Source: Octopus sinensis (Eukaryota). From it: 64,000 nucleotides of DNA. Position numbers and translations under genes: made by a program. The notes beneath the pieces were generated by a model. The model was not told the DNA's origin. It saw only the letters and a program-made list of their open reading frames with translations, and made no database searches. The stretch lies in assembly GCF_006345805.1 (NCBI RefSeq), contig NW_021836298.1, positions 1-64,000 on the forward strand. The letters run 5' to 3'. Positions 1 to 13,115 of the stretch are shown here, piece after piece; position 1 is the first letter of the stretch; each line of letters starts with the position of its first letter.

Positions 1-79
1 CGACTAAAGGCGGTGTTCCACACAAAATGGCCACAGTCAAAATGACTGAAGCAAGTAAAGGAGTAAAAGACTCTGTATG

Positions 80-122
<43 letters not shown>

Positions 123-193
123 GATTTCAGCAAATGCATATACCTACAAATATACACATATTAGCATGCATTTAGATAGATAGATAGATACCT

Positions 194-233
<40 letters not shown>

Positions 234-245
234 TGTGTGTGTGTG

Positions 246-830
246 CATGGATATATGACCGAAATTTAGGTCTCACTGAGGAAATGACTAGAGACCGAGA
301 CTTTTGGAAGTATGTTGTGCGTGGGAAGACCCGGAAGGACAAGTGAGACTATAACCCGTGGCCTCTACTAGGGATGTAGCCAGTCCACTTATGCATACCT
401 TTCCTTCTTGGGACACAAAACTCTGCTTGCGAAGACCTGTTGAGGCAAGTGAGAATCAAAATCAAAATCAAAATCACAATCAAAATCGAAATCGATCAAC
501 ATCAGTGGAAATTGTAGCTGTGATACCAGTGCCGGTGGCACGTAAGAGAACTATCCGAATGTGGCCGTTGCCAGCGCCGCCCGACTGGCTTCCGTGGTAC
601 ATAAAAGGCACCATCCGATTGTGGCCGTTGCCAGCTTCGCCTGGCACCTGTGCTGGTGGCACGTAAAAAGCACCCACTACACTCACGGAGTGGTTATCGT
701 TAGGAAGAGCATCCAGCCGTAGAAACAGTGCCAGATCAGAGTGGGCCTAGTGCTTCCCAGACCCCAGTTGAACCCTCCAACCCATACTAGCATGGAAAGC
801 GGATGCTAAACGATGATGATGATGATGATG
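246..830 (+). mobile_element. RTE-type LINE 3' end and UTR with (GAT)n tail
   Basis: LGLTEEMTRDRDFWKYVVRGKTR* followed by the UTR; UTR copies at about 9938-10132 (+), 10996-11395 (-), 18725-19020 (-) and 53695-54050 (+). Confidence 0.7.
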
Positions 831-837
831 AGGATGA

Positions 838-1021
838 TATATATATAAAAGGGCAAGAAACGGGTCACTTAGCCACATACCGAAAAATTAGAAATAGCAG
901 TCAAAAACCGTTTATTTCTATTTTATATTTGTATAAAATAGAAATAAACGGTCTTTGACTGCTATTTCATATTTATTCGCTATGTGGCTAAGCAACCTGT
1001 TGCTTGCTCTTTTATATATAT
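838..1021. repeat. About 185-bp near-perfect palindrome (fold-back MITE-like)
   Basis: About 90-bp arms around a 4-nt centre (TATTTCTATTTTATA TTTG TATAAAATAGAAATA), flanked by TA runs. Confidence 0.85.
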
Positions 1022-2170
1022 CTCTTATTATAAAAGGCAGATTTTATCTGCCTCCCTTTGGGAGTTATACAAATCTACAATATAGGATTTCTTCAATTAC
1101 AATTTACCTAGCATTTTTAAGAGTACAATGCATCGCGTCATGCCAGGTCCAGTTTTTAAAATTTAAACTCCAATTAAGCAAAATTTACAGAAAACTCACA
1201 TTCTGGTGTGTGTGTCAAATGCTTTTCTTAGTCTGGTTTACACCACACGCAAACGCACACACACAGTGTGCGACGAATAAAATGAAAGTAAATAGCGACA
1301 GACTGATTTGAGGAAGACTAAAGTGAAAGTATTTAAACCACTACTCAAAAAATAAAAAAACACAGCAAACAGAAACAAATAAATACACAATTTCTTCAAT
1401 TAGAGTTTACCTAAGATTTTTCAGAGTACTTCAGTGGGTGATGCCATAAAAAATTTCTTTCAATTTTACCACCAACTAAGACAAAATTCGAGAAAACTCA
1501 ATATTTTAACATATCACTCCGAAAGCATTGATGTACATGTGTGCGCGCGTGAGTGTGTGTGTGTCATTCCTCACACACACGCATACACATACATATACAA
1601 CTACATACAACTACATACACATACAACTACATACAAACACGTGTGTGTTTGTTATTAGTAAAAAAGGCGCAAAAACACAACTCACTTATCATTCCAACAC
1701 ATTTGCAAAGACACACGGAGGACAGAAAAGGTAAATTGGTTTTTATTTTACTCTGTATATATTTTATTATATAATATTATATATAGATATATGTATATAT
1801 AATTGCAGTATGAAACAGTGTTTATGTATAAACAGACGACACTTATATATAGTTACCAAGCCGCCCGAATTTACCTATTCATATTTAAATGAGAATATCA
1901 GAGCAAATCTCTTTAGTACATTCGTGAAAACACGTATTATACTTCATAAACACTTCAACTACAGTTTTGTACAAAAATCGAAGTGTAATTTTAATTCCGT
2001 GAATTATGGGAGATTTTTTTCCGAAATTTGTTCCTATTGTGTTTTCAAAATTTTTAATTATGACAAAAAATGGATACGAATTTCATTATATCAAGCAGCG
2101 AGTCAGAATTCGAAGGATTTTCTACTGAAGACCTTCATAAATCTAACTCTATGACTGAAAAAAAAAAAGC

Positions 2171-2557
2171 ATCTTTATATAAGAGTGAAGTTGTGTGTCT
2201 GTCTCCTACGATTTAGATTCCTAACTACTCCCACATTTTGCGGTGCAGTTTAACCAAAAGCGGGTATCTTATAGTCGTGATTCATATCGAGCCCTTCTGG
2301 GTATTAGCGTGCGTCTACGATGAGTCTACGATTTAAAAAAAATTTACCATCATATTTTTCCATTTTAATGCATTTTTTTCGCTTTTATATAAGGGAAGTA
2401 ACTCTCTAAAAATATCTACGATGTGTCAACGATTTAAAAAAAAAATTACCTTAATTTTTTTTCAATTTTTAATGCATTTTTTGGCTATAACTCTCTAAAA
2501 ATGCTTATATAGTTATTTCCCTTACAACCCGAGAAACGCCGGGCGATACTGCTAGTA
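2171..2557 (-). mobile_element. Non-autonomous Helentron-type (HINE/DINE-like) element
   Basis: Terminus TACTAGCAGTATCGCCCGGCGTT..CGGG on the minus strand; related copies at 8932-9320 (+), 21672-22050 (+), 37436-37840 (-), 61545-62490 (+) and 63682-64000 (-). Confidence 0.65.
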
Positions 2558-2677
2558 TATATATAATTTTTCAAAAAAAGTTCCTACCGATAATAGTTAC
2601 ATTTACATACCGAAATCTACCCGGGAATAATTGTTGGTTTTTAAAATTAATAATTATTTACCCTTATATTATTAAAT

Positions 2678-2760
<83 letters not shown>

Positions 2761-2927
2761 AGAATATATTATGTCTAAATATCTTTAATGCTTTAGACAT
2801 TCCCCTACCAAGAGCATATTTTTGAAATTCAGTATATTGTATTCTCATTGAATATATTTCATTAACTATACACACTCTCTCACACACACACACACACACA
2901 CACAATATATATATATATATATAATAT

Positions 2928-2959
<32 letters not shown>

Positions 2960-3268
2960 CATATATATTTCTTTATTACCCACAAGGGGCTAAACACAGA
3001 GGGGACAAACAAGGACAGACAAAGGGATTAAGTCGATTACATCGACACCAGTGCGTAACTGGTACTTTATTTATCGACCCCAAAAGGCTGAAAGGCAATG
3101 TCGACCTGCGCGGAATTTGAACTCACAACGTAACGACAGACGAAATACGGCTACGCATTTCGCCCGGACTGCTAACGTTTCTGCCATGCATGTATAATAC
3201 ACACACACACACACGTATCTATATATATATATACATAATACATAAGTATGTTTGTGTGTGAATTGTGT

Positions 3269-3308
<40 letters not shown>

Positions 3309-3767
3309 ATCATGTTACTACAATGCATAGACGTTGGCCAATAAAACCGCGCCTTTAACAACTCTCTATCTATCTATCTATCTATCTATCTCCCCCTCTC
3401 TCTATCTATTGATCTCCCTCTCTCTCTTGCTATCTATCTCTCTCTCTGTATCCATCTCCACCTCTCTCTATCTCCCTCTCTCTATATATATCTATCTCCC
3501 TCTCTCTCTATCTATCCACCTCCCCCTCTCTCTATTTATCTATCTCCCTCTCTCTATATCTATCTCCCTCTCTATCTATCTATCCATCTCCCCCTCTCTC
3601 TATCTATTGATCTCCCTCTCTCTCTAGCTATCTATCTCCTCCCTCTCTAGCCATCTACCTCCCTCTCTCTTTATCCATCCCCATCTCTCTCTATCTCTCT
3701 ATCTATCTATCTCCCCCTCTCTCTCCCTCTCTGTCTATCCATCTCCCTCGCTACGGAAAATCGGATT

Positions 3768-4270
3768 TTTTTCTAGCGGTGTGAATTGAAATTGTCACCC
3801 ATGATTATGACCCTAGTATCGATCTATTGCATTTCAATCTATTTTAGGGTTAGGTTTAGAGTTATGGTTAGGGTTAGGGTTAGGGGTGGGGGAAGGGTAT
3901 CTTTTATTCTTCACAAATGTAAATAAACCCAATCTGCTTCTTAAACGAGGGACATATTCATACAGCAGGGAATGTTAAAATTGCTGAAATGCTCGAAATT
4001 AAAGTCGAAATATCTTACAACATATAGAATTTTCTCAATAGTAGAAGACACTTGCCCAAGGTGCCACGCAGTGGGACTGAACCCGGAACCATGTGGTTGG
4101 TAAGCAAGCTACTTACCACACAGCCACTCCTGCGCCTATTTATTTACATTTCTGAACAAAAAAGATACCCTTCCACCCACCCCTAACCCTAAAACAGATT
4201 GAAATGCAATAGATTGATACTAGGGTCATAATTATGGGTGACAATTTCATATGACACCGCTACAAAAAAC
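3768..4270. mobile_element. TIR element (about 130-155-bp arms) containing TTAGGG-like repeats, interrupted by a SINE head
   Basis: 3768-3925 is the reverse complement of 4140-4268. Confidence 0.75.
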
Positions 4271-4934
4271 TGCCGTTCAAACCGAAAAGGTCCAAAAAAT
4301 TATTTATTTTGTGTTTTATTTACTTTGCTAGGAAGTCGTTGTCGGATCGACTAGTCACGACTAGCTAGCGCGGACACAAAATAAATAATTTTTTTAAGCA
4401 AAGCAAATAAAACTCAAAAAAACAAAGTAAGGATCGACTTGTCATGACTAGCTAATGCGAGTGCGCGCACTGGGACCACTGTTCTCAAGTAGTACCCCAT
4501 GGTTTTTATGAAATTAACTATTTTGACTTTCTCCTTTTTTTTTTGTTTGAGGGTAATAAAAAAATCTTTTTAGTCAATTGATATTTTATTTAGGTTTTTA
4601 GTCGCACGACACACTTTAGAATTCTTAGTCAATTATATAAACCTTCTTGATAAGCCATTCTATATATCTGTATTTTTATTTGCATGTATATTTTTTACCT
4701 TCTGTATTTTTTATATATATATATGCTTTTTATATGTTTAAAGGCCAGAGTAGTATTTAGATATGATGAAATGTTTGATAAGGGACGGTGTTATGTATAA
4801 AGTTGTTGAATCGAATTTCATGTTTCTTCTCTGATCGATGTTTCTTTATCTCTCTCTGTCTCAATTACACTTGAGCACTTCCTTTCTGCAGCCTTACAAA
4901 CCCTCTTAAAAGCGGCAAAAATTATTTCTTGTCA

Positions 4935-4984
4935 TATGTGTGTGTGTGTGTGTATGTGTGTGTATATATGCATGTGTATGTGTG

Positions 4985-5034
<50 letters not shown>

Positions 5035-5620
5035 TGTGTATATATATTTGTGTGTATATATATATGTGTGTGTGTATATGTGTGTGTATGTATGTGTGTA
5101 TATATGTGTATATAAGTGTGTGTATATATATGTGTATGTGTATATACATATGTGTGTGTGTATATATATGTGTGTGTATGTGTATATATATATATGTGTG
5201 TGTGTGTATATGTGTGTGTATATATGTGTGTATATATATATGTGTGTGTGTGTATATGTGTGTGTATATATGTGTGTGTATATATGTGTGTGTGTGTGTA
5301 TAAGTGTGTGTATATATGTGTGTGTATATACATATGTGTGTGTGTATATATATATGTGTGTGTATGTGTATATATATATATGTGTGTGTGTGTGTATATA
5401 TGTGTGTGTGTATATATATATATTTATGTGTGTATATATATATGTGTGTGTGTATATATGGTGTGTATATATATATATGTGTGTGTGTATGTGTATATGT
5501 GTGTGTATATATATATATGTGAGTGTATATATATGTGAGTGTATATATATGTGTGTGTGTGTATATATATATATTTGTGTGTGTGTATATATATATATAA
5601 ATGTGTGTGTATATATGTAT
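4935..5620. repeat. Compound (TA)n/(TG)n microsatellite; many similar tracts across the window
   Basis: Direct reading. Confidence 0.95.
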
Positions 5621-7110
5621 ATAAACTTAGATAAACTTAGATATGTTTCGACCAGAGATTGGTCCAGGCCATGTCTAACTTAATAGCACCACCTGATAGG
5701 ATTATTCGAATCCTGTTTAAGTCAAGTTTTGTTCAAGTAGTGAGTTCTTGTTGGGTGAGTTGTATCCAATTATGGGTGGCTTGTCTGGTATTCTTTGAAG
5801 GAATCTATCCAGACTCTGTTTGAAGTTGATGGGATCCTTTTCCTCTTTGATCTCCCTCGGGACAATGTTAAATAGGGCAGGGCCTGTTGAGGAAAAGAAA
5901 TTATGTTGCAGTGTACATGTATGTTGTGATCTTGAATTTGGCAGGGGACGTATAGCCCGTGGTCCAAGTCTCGGATGAACCTTGAAACTAATGTTTAGGT
6001 CGTTTGGGCAAAGTTGGCGGTATATTTTCCACATCGTACAAATGATGTACCGCTCACGGCGACGCTGGAGGGGGTAAAGTTTCAAGGCTTTAAGGCGATC
6101 CCAATAATCGAGAGCAGCCATGCCTTCAATGCGTTTAGTGAGTGCCCTCTGGGGTGACTCAATTCTGGAGATGTTTGTCTTGTGTGAGGAGACCACAGTG
6201 GGCAGCGGTATTCAAGGTGTGGCCGTACAAAGGATGAAAAAAGTGGTATGATGACACCTTGTTCTCTGGACCGGAAAGTTCTTAAGATCCAGGAACTCAT
6301 CCTACGAGCTGTATCGACCTTCTTGTTGATGTGTGCACTCCAACTGAGATCGTCATCAACAATTACACCCAGGTCTCTGATATTGTTAGAGGCTGTGAGC
6401 GGTTCCCCTGAAGGAAGAGAGTATGGTTGTTTTAGTGAGGAATTTCTTCCAAAATGCATCAGCTCAAATTTTCCCTCATTCAGTTGCATTTTGTTTCTGT
6501 CTGCCCATTGACTCACAGCATATAGGTCAGACTGGAGTTGAGTTCGGTCTGCTTCTTCATTGACGATTTGCTGGAGCTTAGTGTCATCAGCGAATATTTT
6601 CACTTTGCAGTGATGTACGACACTGGAAAGGTCGTTTACATAAATTATGAAGAGTAGCGGACCTAAAACAGTTCCCTGGGGAACACCGCTGGTGACTTTT
6701 GCTGGGTTTGAGTGGACTCCATCAACTACAACATGTTGTGTTCTATTCGCTAGGAAATACTGAATCCAGTGTAGAACTTTTCCACGGATTCCAACATTTG
6801 CCAATTTTGAGAGTAGGATGTTATGGTCTACCCTGTCGAACGCTTTACTGAAGTCAAGGTATATGACGTCAGAGTTCGAACCTGTTCCCAAGGCTTTGAG
6901 TACATCTTCAATGTGGTGTAAGAGCTGTGTTAGACAGTCCCTGCCACAGCGAAAGCCATGTTGATTTGAATTTAGGAGTTTGTGGGTCTCCAGGAAGTCA
7001 GCTATCCTTGATCTTAACACTCTTTCAAACACTTTAATGATGTGGGAGGTGAGTGAGATTGGGCGATAGTTGACTGCGAGGGATCTGTTTCCCTGTTTGA
7101 AAACCGGGAT
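5620..7110 (-). mobile_element. CR1-clade LINE, 5'-truncated reverse transcriptase
   Basis: ORFs 6082-7032 and 5717-6196 (one frameshift): QHGFR, YLDFSKAFD, SGVPQGTVLGPLLF, FADDTK; short tandem tail at 5620-5642. Confidence 0.92.
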
Positions 7111-7111
7111 G

Positions 7112-7150
<39 letters not shown>

Positions 7151-7158
7151 ATATATAT

Positions 7159-7258
<100 letters not shown>

Positions 7259-7614
7259 GTGAAATTGATTAATTATGAAATAGTCATAAAGATATTTGCA
7301 AAACTATATAAAGTAGCCACTTGTTGATAGAGTGAATCTTAATAGTAACAAAGCAGATGAGATCAAAGCAAAGACCAATACAGGAGGTTTTATTGTACAA
7401 ACTCTATTTTTCATTGATTCTTTTGTTATTTTTCATTAATTAACTTTTCTTTATAGAATCAATTTGTTATTTATGTAACGTGTCTCCACCCAGCTGGGAA
7501 GTGATCCGCAGATTTATAGCTCAAGATGTACAGTGATCAACAGAGCACTTTCCAGCATTCAGGGTTGAACTGTAACCAATCGAACTGTAATAAGCAGAGT
7601 AATGTAGCTAACCA

Positions 7615-8032
7615 AGGTGGCAAGCTGGCAGAATCGTTAGCACGCCGGGCGAAATGCTTAGCAGTATTTTGTCTGTCGTTACGTTCTGAGTTCAAATTTC
7701 CGCCGAGGTCGACATTGCCTTTCATCCTTTCGGGTTCGATAAATAAAATACCAGTTACGCACTGGGGGTTGATGTAATCGACTTAATCCCTTGTCTGTCC
7801 TTGCTTGTCCCCTCTATATTTAGCCCTTTGTGGGCAGTAAAGAAACATGTATTTCGTCTGTCGTTACGTTCTGAGTTCAAATTCCGCCTAGGTCGACTTT
7901 GCCTTTCATCCTTTCGGGGTCGATAAATAAAGTACCAGTTACGCACTGAGGGTTGATGTAATCGACTTAATGCCTTTGTCTGTCCTTGTTTGTCCCCTCT
8001 GTGTTTAGCCCCTTGTGGGCAGTAAAGAAATA
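7615..8032 (+). mobile_element. tRNA-derived SINE (family 2), tandem pair
   Basis: GAGTTCAAATTCCGCC B box; copies at 2968-3185 (-), 13290-13705 (-, two), 26822-27025 (+), 51790-51950 (-) and 51988-52150 (+). Confidence 0.85.
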
Positions 8033-8274
8033 AGAGACACAGCACAGTGACTGTTACTTTTTTACTGGTTTCAGTCATTTGACTGCGGCCATGCTGGAGC
8101 ACCGCCTTTAGTCGAGAAAATCGACCTCAAGACTTATTCTTTGTAAGCCTAGTACTTATTCTAACGGTCTCTTGCCAAACCGCCAAGTTACGGGGACGTA
8201 AACACACCAGCATCGGTTGCCAAGCGATATTGGGGGACAAATACAGACGTACAAACGTATACACACACATATAT

Positions 8275-8340
<66 letters not shown>

Positions 8341-8691
8341 GACGGGCTTCTTTCAGTTTCCGTCTACCATATCCACTCACAAAGCTTTGGTCGGCCCGAG
8401 GCTATAGTAGAAGACACTTGCCCAATGTGCTATGCAGTGGGACTGAACCCGAAACCATGTGATTGGTAAGCAAGCCCGTTACCACACAGCCACTCCTGTG
8501 CCTTGGCTTATTAGTGTCAAGAAGAACATTCAGCTTTGAATAATAGTTTAGATAAACTGAAGTTTACAATATTTTTGTTATCTTATGCAATATTTTAGAA
8601 CCATCATCTTCTGTATATTGTTGTTTACCTCATTTTAGGAGTTTTTTTAAAAATTGTTTTATCTTCTCTTTTGACATCTTTCATTTAAAAG

Positions 8692-8770
8692 ACATGGACA
8701 TCAATGAGATCATGAAAAAAATGGTGACATTGAAGCAGTCAAAATCTTCATAACTGAGCATCCAGATGAA
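8692..8770 (+). pseudogene. Copy A first coding exon (ankyrin start), frameshifted
   Basis: AG acceptor at 8690-8691, ATG at 8694 (MDINEIMK), then NGDIEAVKIFITEHPDE in another frame, ending at the GTAAGT donor at 8771. Confidence 0.75.
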
Positions 8771-8931
8771 GTAAGTTGTTCTGTTTATTTCCATCTCAAA
8801 TTTGATTGCTTGTTTCTTATTTTATACACAATATGAAATGTTCCTAAGTAATCACATACATTTGTCCATAATGTTTCATTTCTTTCTTCAACTCTTTCCT
8901 CTAATCCTCATCATTGTCACTTTTTATATAT

Positions 8932-9320
8932 ACTAGCAGTATAGCACGACGTTGCTTAGGTTTGTTTTGACCCTTTAAAATTGGAATTTTTTGAAAAGTA
9001 AAAATTTTGCGTTATGTAGCTTTTTATTCTCTTTAAGTGAACATTTTTCTGGTTGAAATACACCGAACAATGGCGACACATCAGTCAAAAAATCGTTAAA
9101 AATAGGGATTTTCATAGAAAAAAAGCAGCTTTTTGATGCAAATAATTTTTGGTCTTAACATGGTCTGATTTGAATTTTATCTTCTACGGAATGAAGAGCA
9201 AGGCTTCTTCTATCATATTCTCAATTTTGGTCAACTTGCTCCTCAGGGTCTCGGAGGAGATAGTGTTAGTTGAAGGCTACCAACCTGCCATACACAGACA
9301 ACTTCAGCTGTATATAGAGA
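8932..9320 (+). mobile_element. HINE-like element
   Basis: TACTAGCAGTATAGCACGACGTTG start; near-collinear with 21672-22050. Confidence 0.65.
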
Positions 9321-9339
9321 GAGATTTAACCAAACCTTG

Positions 9340-9880
9340 AAGCATGCTAGAATTAAGAGAATGTGAGTGAGAGAGAAACCCATCCTCACACACTGCAATG
9401 GGGTATTCTGGTAGGAAATATTCAACTCAAGAGATGAGGGAAAGATGGAGTTAGTAGATGGATGGTGACTTTGTCAAGAAGTCCTTTTGCCACAAACAGT
9501 TGAAGCTTTTATTGATGCCAAGGGCCACAGCAATTCTTTTGCAGAATTTATCAAACATACGAAAATACTGGTGTGTCACATAGGAATCAAGCCCCAACTT
9601 GATCTGGCTTTATAAAACTGTACTGGTGTTCATTGAATAGAGAAAGATACCCAAAAGGACAAAGATGATGGTTCTTGGTAGCTTTTTACTTCAAAATTGA
9701 AATATTGGAAGTTAGAAGGAAACGATGGTAGTCAGTAGATGGGATATTGTCTGCAGGAATATAGAGCTGGGCTTCTCAAAGAGGTAAGTACTACCAATGT
9801 GTAGGGGCTGTGGGGAAATTTTATAAGAATTTATGTGCATATGAAACAGGAAGAATGTGTACCTGAGTTTAGCTGAAGCT
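9340..9880 (+). mobile_element. Possible highly degenerate LTR-retrotransposon integrase relic
   Basis: Traces resembling STxYHPMCNG(L/A)VEKF near 9787-9830; otherwise broken. Confidence 0.3.
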
Positions 9881-10363
9881 AGGCAGTAAAGGTTGGATCA
9901 GTAACAAAAGTGAATCAGTGATTCAAATATTCACACCCCTGGCACCTGTGCCGGTGGCACGTAAAATGCACTCACTACACCCATGGAGTGGTTGGCGTTA
10001 GGAAGGGCATCCAGCAGTAGAAACTCTGCCAGATCAAGATTGGATCCAGGTGCAGCTTCCTGGCTTCCCAGACCCCAGTTGAACGGTTCAACCCATGCTA
10101 GCATGTAAAACGGACGTTAAACAATGATGATGATGTGTGTGTGTGTGGATGAGGTAAATAGTTACCCATTTCAAGACTGGGAATCAAAACAGCGATCCGA
10201 CGACTGCAAGTCTGCTGGCCTAACCACTGGGCCATTGCGCCTCCACACACACACACACACACATATACATATATATATATATGCGTGTGTGTATACCCGT
10301 ATGTGTAAATACAGTATAAATTCCATTTAATTACTCCCTGCCCCAATCATTCCACCCCTTTAA

Positions 10364-10583
10364 GCCTTTCGTTACCATCTTTCTGTTGAGATGTTCTGTG
10401 TTTCTTTCAATTACCTTAAATATAACAAAGAATGTAGTAAAATAACTTCGTTATCCTTAAGCTAGTTTTAGGGACATAAATTGTGACTAAGGTTTGGTGG
10501 AAGATTTTATTCAGAATGTATGAAAACAAGACATTTGTACTACAGAGCCAGAGGCGGTTTCAGCCATGTTGGTAACGAAAGGG
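10364..10583. mobile_element. piggyBac-type MITE
   Basis: TTAA flanks, 13-bp TIR, homologous to 19551-19757. Confidence 0.78.
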
Positions 10584-10693
10584 TTAATGAATTTGATTCT
10601 TTTTCTTATCTTTTTCTGTGTTGTTTTTTTGCTTCTAATTTTTCTCCTCCCCTTCCAACACCATTTTTACTATTTTTTTCTTCTTTTCTTCGG

Positions 10694-10836
10694 GTGAACC
10701 AACGAGATAACTCCTTACACTACACCTGTAGTTCTGGTTACACAGACACAGTTGGTCTGTTGTTAATTCACATTGGCATTAATGCCAATATCGGGGACAA
10801 ATATGGTGACACACCCTTACATTTGGCTGTTCGAAA
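10694..10836 (+). pseudogene. Copy A ankyrin exon, acceptor mutated
   Basis: VNQRDNSLHYTCSSGYTDTVGLLLIHIGINANIGDKYGDTPLHLAVR contains the GDTPLHLA ankyrin motif; donor GTAAGT; the polypyrimidine tract ends in CGG rather than CAG. Confidence 0.85.
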
Positions 10837-12428
10837 GTAAGTCCCTTTCGATTCTGGAATATCCAAATCTGTTTCTTTTGCACTTTCAATAATGTTTGTC
10901 GCATTTTTTCAATGAGTCATTCATGCCATAATCCCACCATGGGGTTGTTGTCGTTCTTCCCTCTTTCACACTGTAATGTCACTGTAATCTTCTTCATCAT
11001 CATCGTTTAACGTCCGCTTTCCATGCTAGCATGGGTTGGACAATTTGACTGAGGACTGGCGAACCAGATCACTGCACCAGGCAACAATCTTGATCTGGCA
11101 GAGTTTCTACAGCTGGATGCCCTTCCTAACGCCAACCACTCCGAGAGTGTAGTGGGTGCTTTTACGTTCCACTGGCACGGGGGCCAGTCAGGAACGACCT
11201 CACTCGAATCTTTTTACACATGCCACCGGTACAGGTGCCAGTAAGGCGACGCTGGTAACAATCACACTCGAATGGTGCCTTTTATGTGCCACTGGCAAGC
11301 AAGCCGGTTAGCTGCTCTGTCAACGATCACACTCGTATGGTGCTCTTTGCACCCCGCTAGCACGGATGCCAGTCATCGAATTTGATTTTGATTCTACTTT
11401 AATTAATCATCATCATAGTTCTTGCCTGACTGGTCATCTCATTCTCCGTTACCTCAACGTTACAGGTTCAAACCCTCCCTTTTCTTCTGTTCATCGCATG
11501 TAAAACTTCCGCCTTCTCTCTCTCTCTCGCTCTTGTAATTTCCCTTTTTCCTCTGACCCTGGGCTAAATACAGAATCACCCCTTTCAGTATTTACATTTG
11601 TTTCTTTATGTTCCATGTTCAAATCTTGCCAGAGTATCTATTAGCACTCTGGGGTCATTATAATATGTACCAGTAATATCCAGGGGTTTATGCAATAAAC
11701 TGTTCTCCCACTCCACTCTGTTTCTTGTGTCTTATTACTGTTGGACAAAATACCTTGTGGTATTTATTTATGACTCTTTATGTTCTGAGTTCAAATCCTG
11801 CCAAGATCGACTTGTCCTTCCATCTTTGCAAGGTTGATAAAATGCAATACCAGTCATGTAATGGGGTCCATACAACTATCTATAGCCCTTCTTTCTCTCC
11901 TAAATTTCATGTTTATATAACTGTTGTTCATTGTACCATATATACATTTCTGTGTTTACTCAGGTGTGTATATACAATTTTTGTACTGTGTAGAGTGTGT
12001 AGTGAATAAATATATCTTTTTTTCTTTGACTGCGGCCATGCTGGAGCACCGCCTTTAATCGAGCAATTCGACCCCGGGACTTATTCTTTGTAAGCCCAGT
12101 ACTTATTCTATCGGTCTCTTTTTGCCGAACCGCTAAGTTATGGGGACGTAAAGACACCAGCATCGGTTGTCAAGCAATGGTGGGGGGACAAAAACAGACA
12201 CACAAACACACACACACACACGCACATAAAGATATACATATATACGACAGGCTTCTTTCAGTTTCCGTCTACCAAATCCACTCACAAGGCATTGGTCGGC
12301 CCGGGGCTATAGCAGAAGACACTTGCCCAAGATGCCACGCAGTGGGACTGAACCCGGAACAATGTGGCTGGTTAGCAAGCTACTTACCACACAGCCACTC
12401 CTGCGCCTATGTTGACTTAATTACATTT

Positions 12429-13115
12429 GTTTTCTCTAATGACTTAATAACTATTAATTATCTCTATCATTGTGATGTTTGTATTTTTCACGTTTTTCTT
12501 CCCTCTTTCCATAACATCCAGCCAACATTATGATGTGGTGGCTTTGATGCTGGTCGAGGTTAGTTAACAAATGCATATTATATACACTCTCTCGTCTTTG
12601 ATTGATCTGTTAAATATTAATATCATTAAGGTACCAGTGAAATAATGGGGGTAGGTTTAATCAGCTGTATACTCTTTTACTTGTTTCAGTCATTTGACTG
12701 TGGCCATGCTGGAGCACCACCTTTAGTCGAACAAATCGACTTAGTGATTCAGCAAAAGAGACCGATAGAATAAGTACTAGGCTTACAAAGAATAAATCCT
12801 GGGGTCGATTTGTTCGACTAAAGGTGGTGCTCCAGCATGGCCACAGTCAAATGACTGAAACAAGTAAAAGAGTATACAGGTGATTAAACCTACCCCCATT
12901 ATTTCACTGGTACCTTAATGATATCAATATTTAACAGATCAATGAAAGACGAGAGAGTGTATATAATATGCATTTGTTAACTAACCTCGACCAGCATCAA
13001 AGCCACCACATCATAATGTTGGCTGGAAGTTATGGAAAGATGGAAGAAAAACGTGAAAAATACAAACATCACAATGATAGAGATAATTAATAGTTATTAA
13101 GTCATTAGAGAAAAC
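12429..13115. repeat. Long inverted repeat: 312-bp arms (12429-12740, 12804-13115), 63-nt spacer
   Basis: Right arm is the reverse complement of the left with about 5 mismatches; includes exon 12522-12558, unique intron and a SINE 3' end. Confidence 0.95.
12522..12558 (+). pseudogene. Copy A 37-nt ankyrin exon
   Basis: CAG|C CAA CAT TAT GAT GTG GTG GCT TTG ATG CTG GTC GAG|GTTAGT completes the repeat as AVRNQHYDVVALMLVE; phases match both neighbouring exons. Confidence 0.8.

Noticed and set aside
1080-1760. Diverged direct repeat of about 310 bp
   Set aside because: Only short blocks align; no coding or structural signal.
3846-3890. True telomere or chromosome fusion site
   Set aside because: Only a few degenerate units, embedded in the arm of a TIR element.
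4922-5683. Long ORFs rich in YI/CV/HT (also near 24.8, 27.1, 39.2 and 57.5 kb)
   Set aside because: Translations of (TA)n/(TG)n/(CA)n microsatellites.
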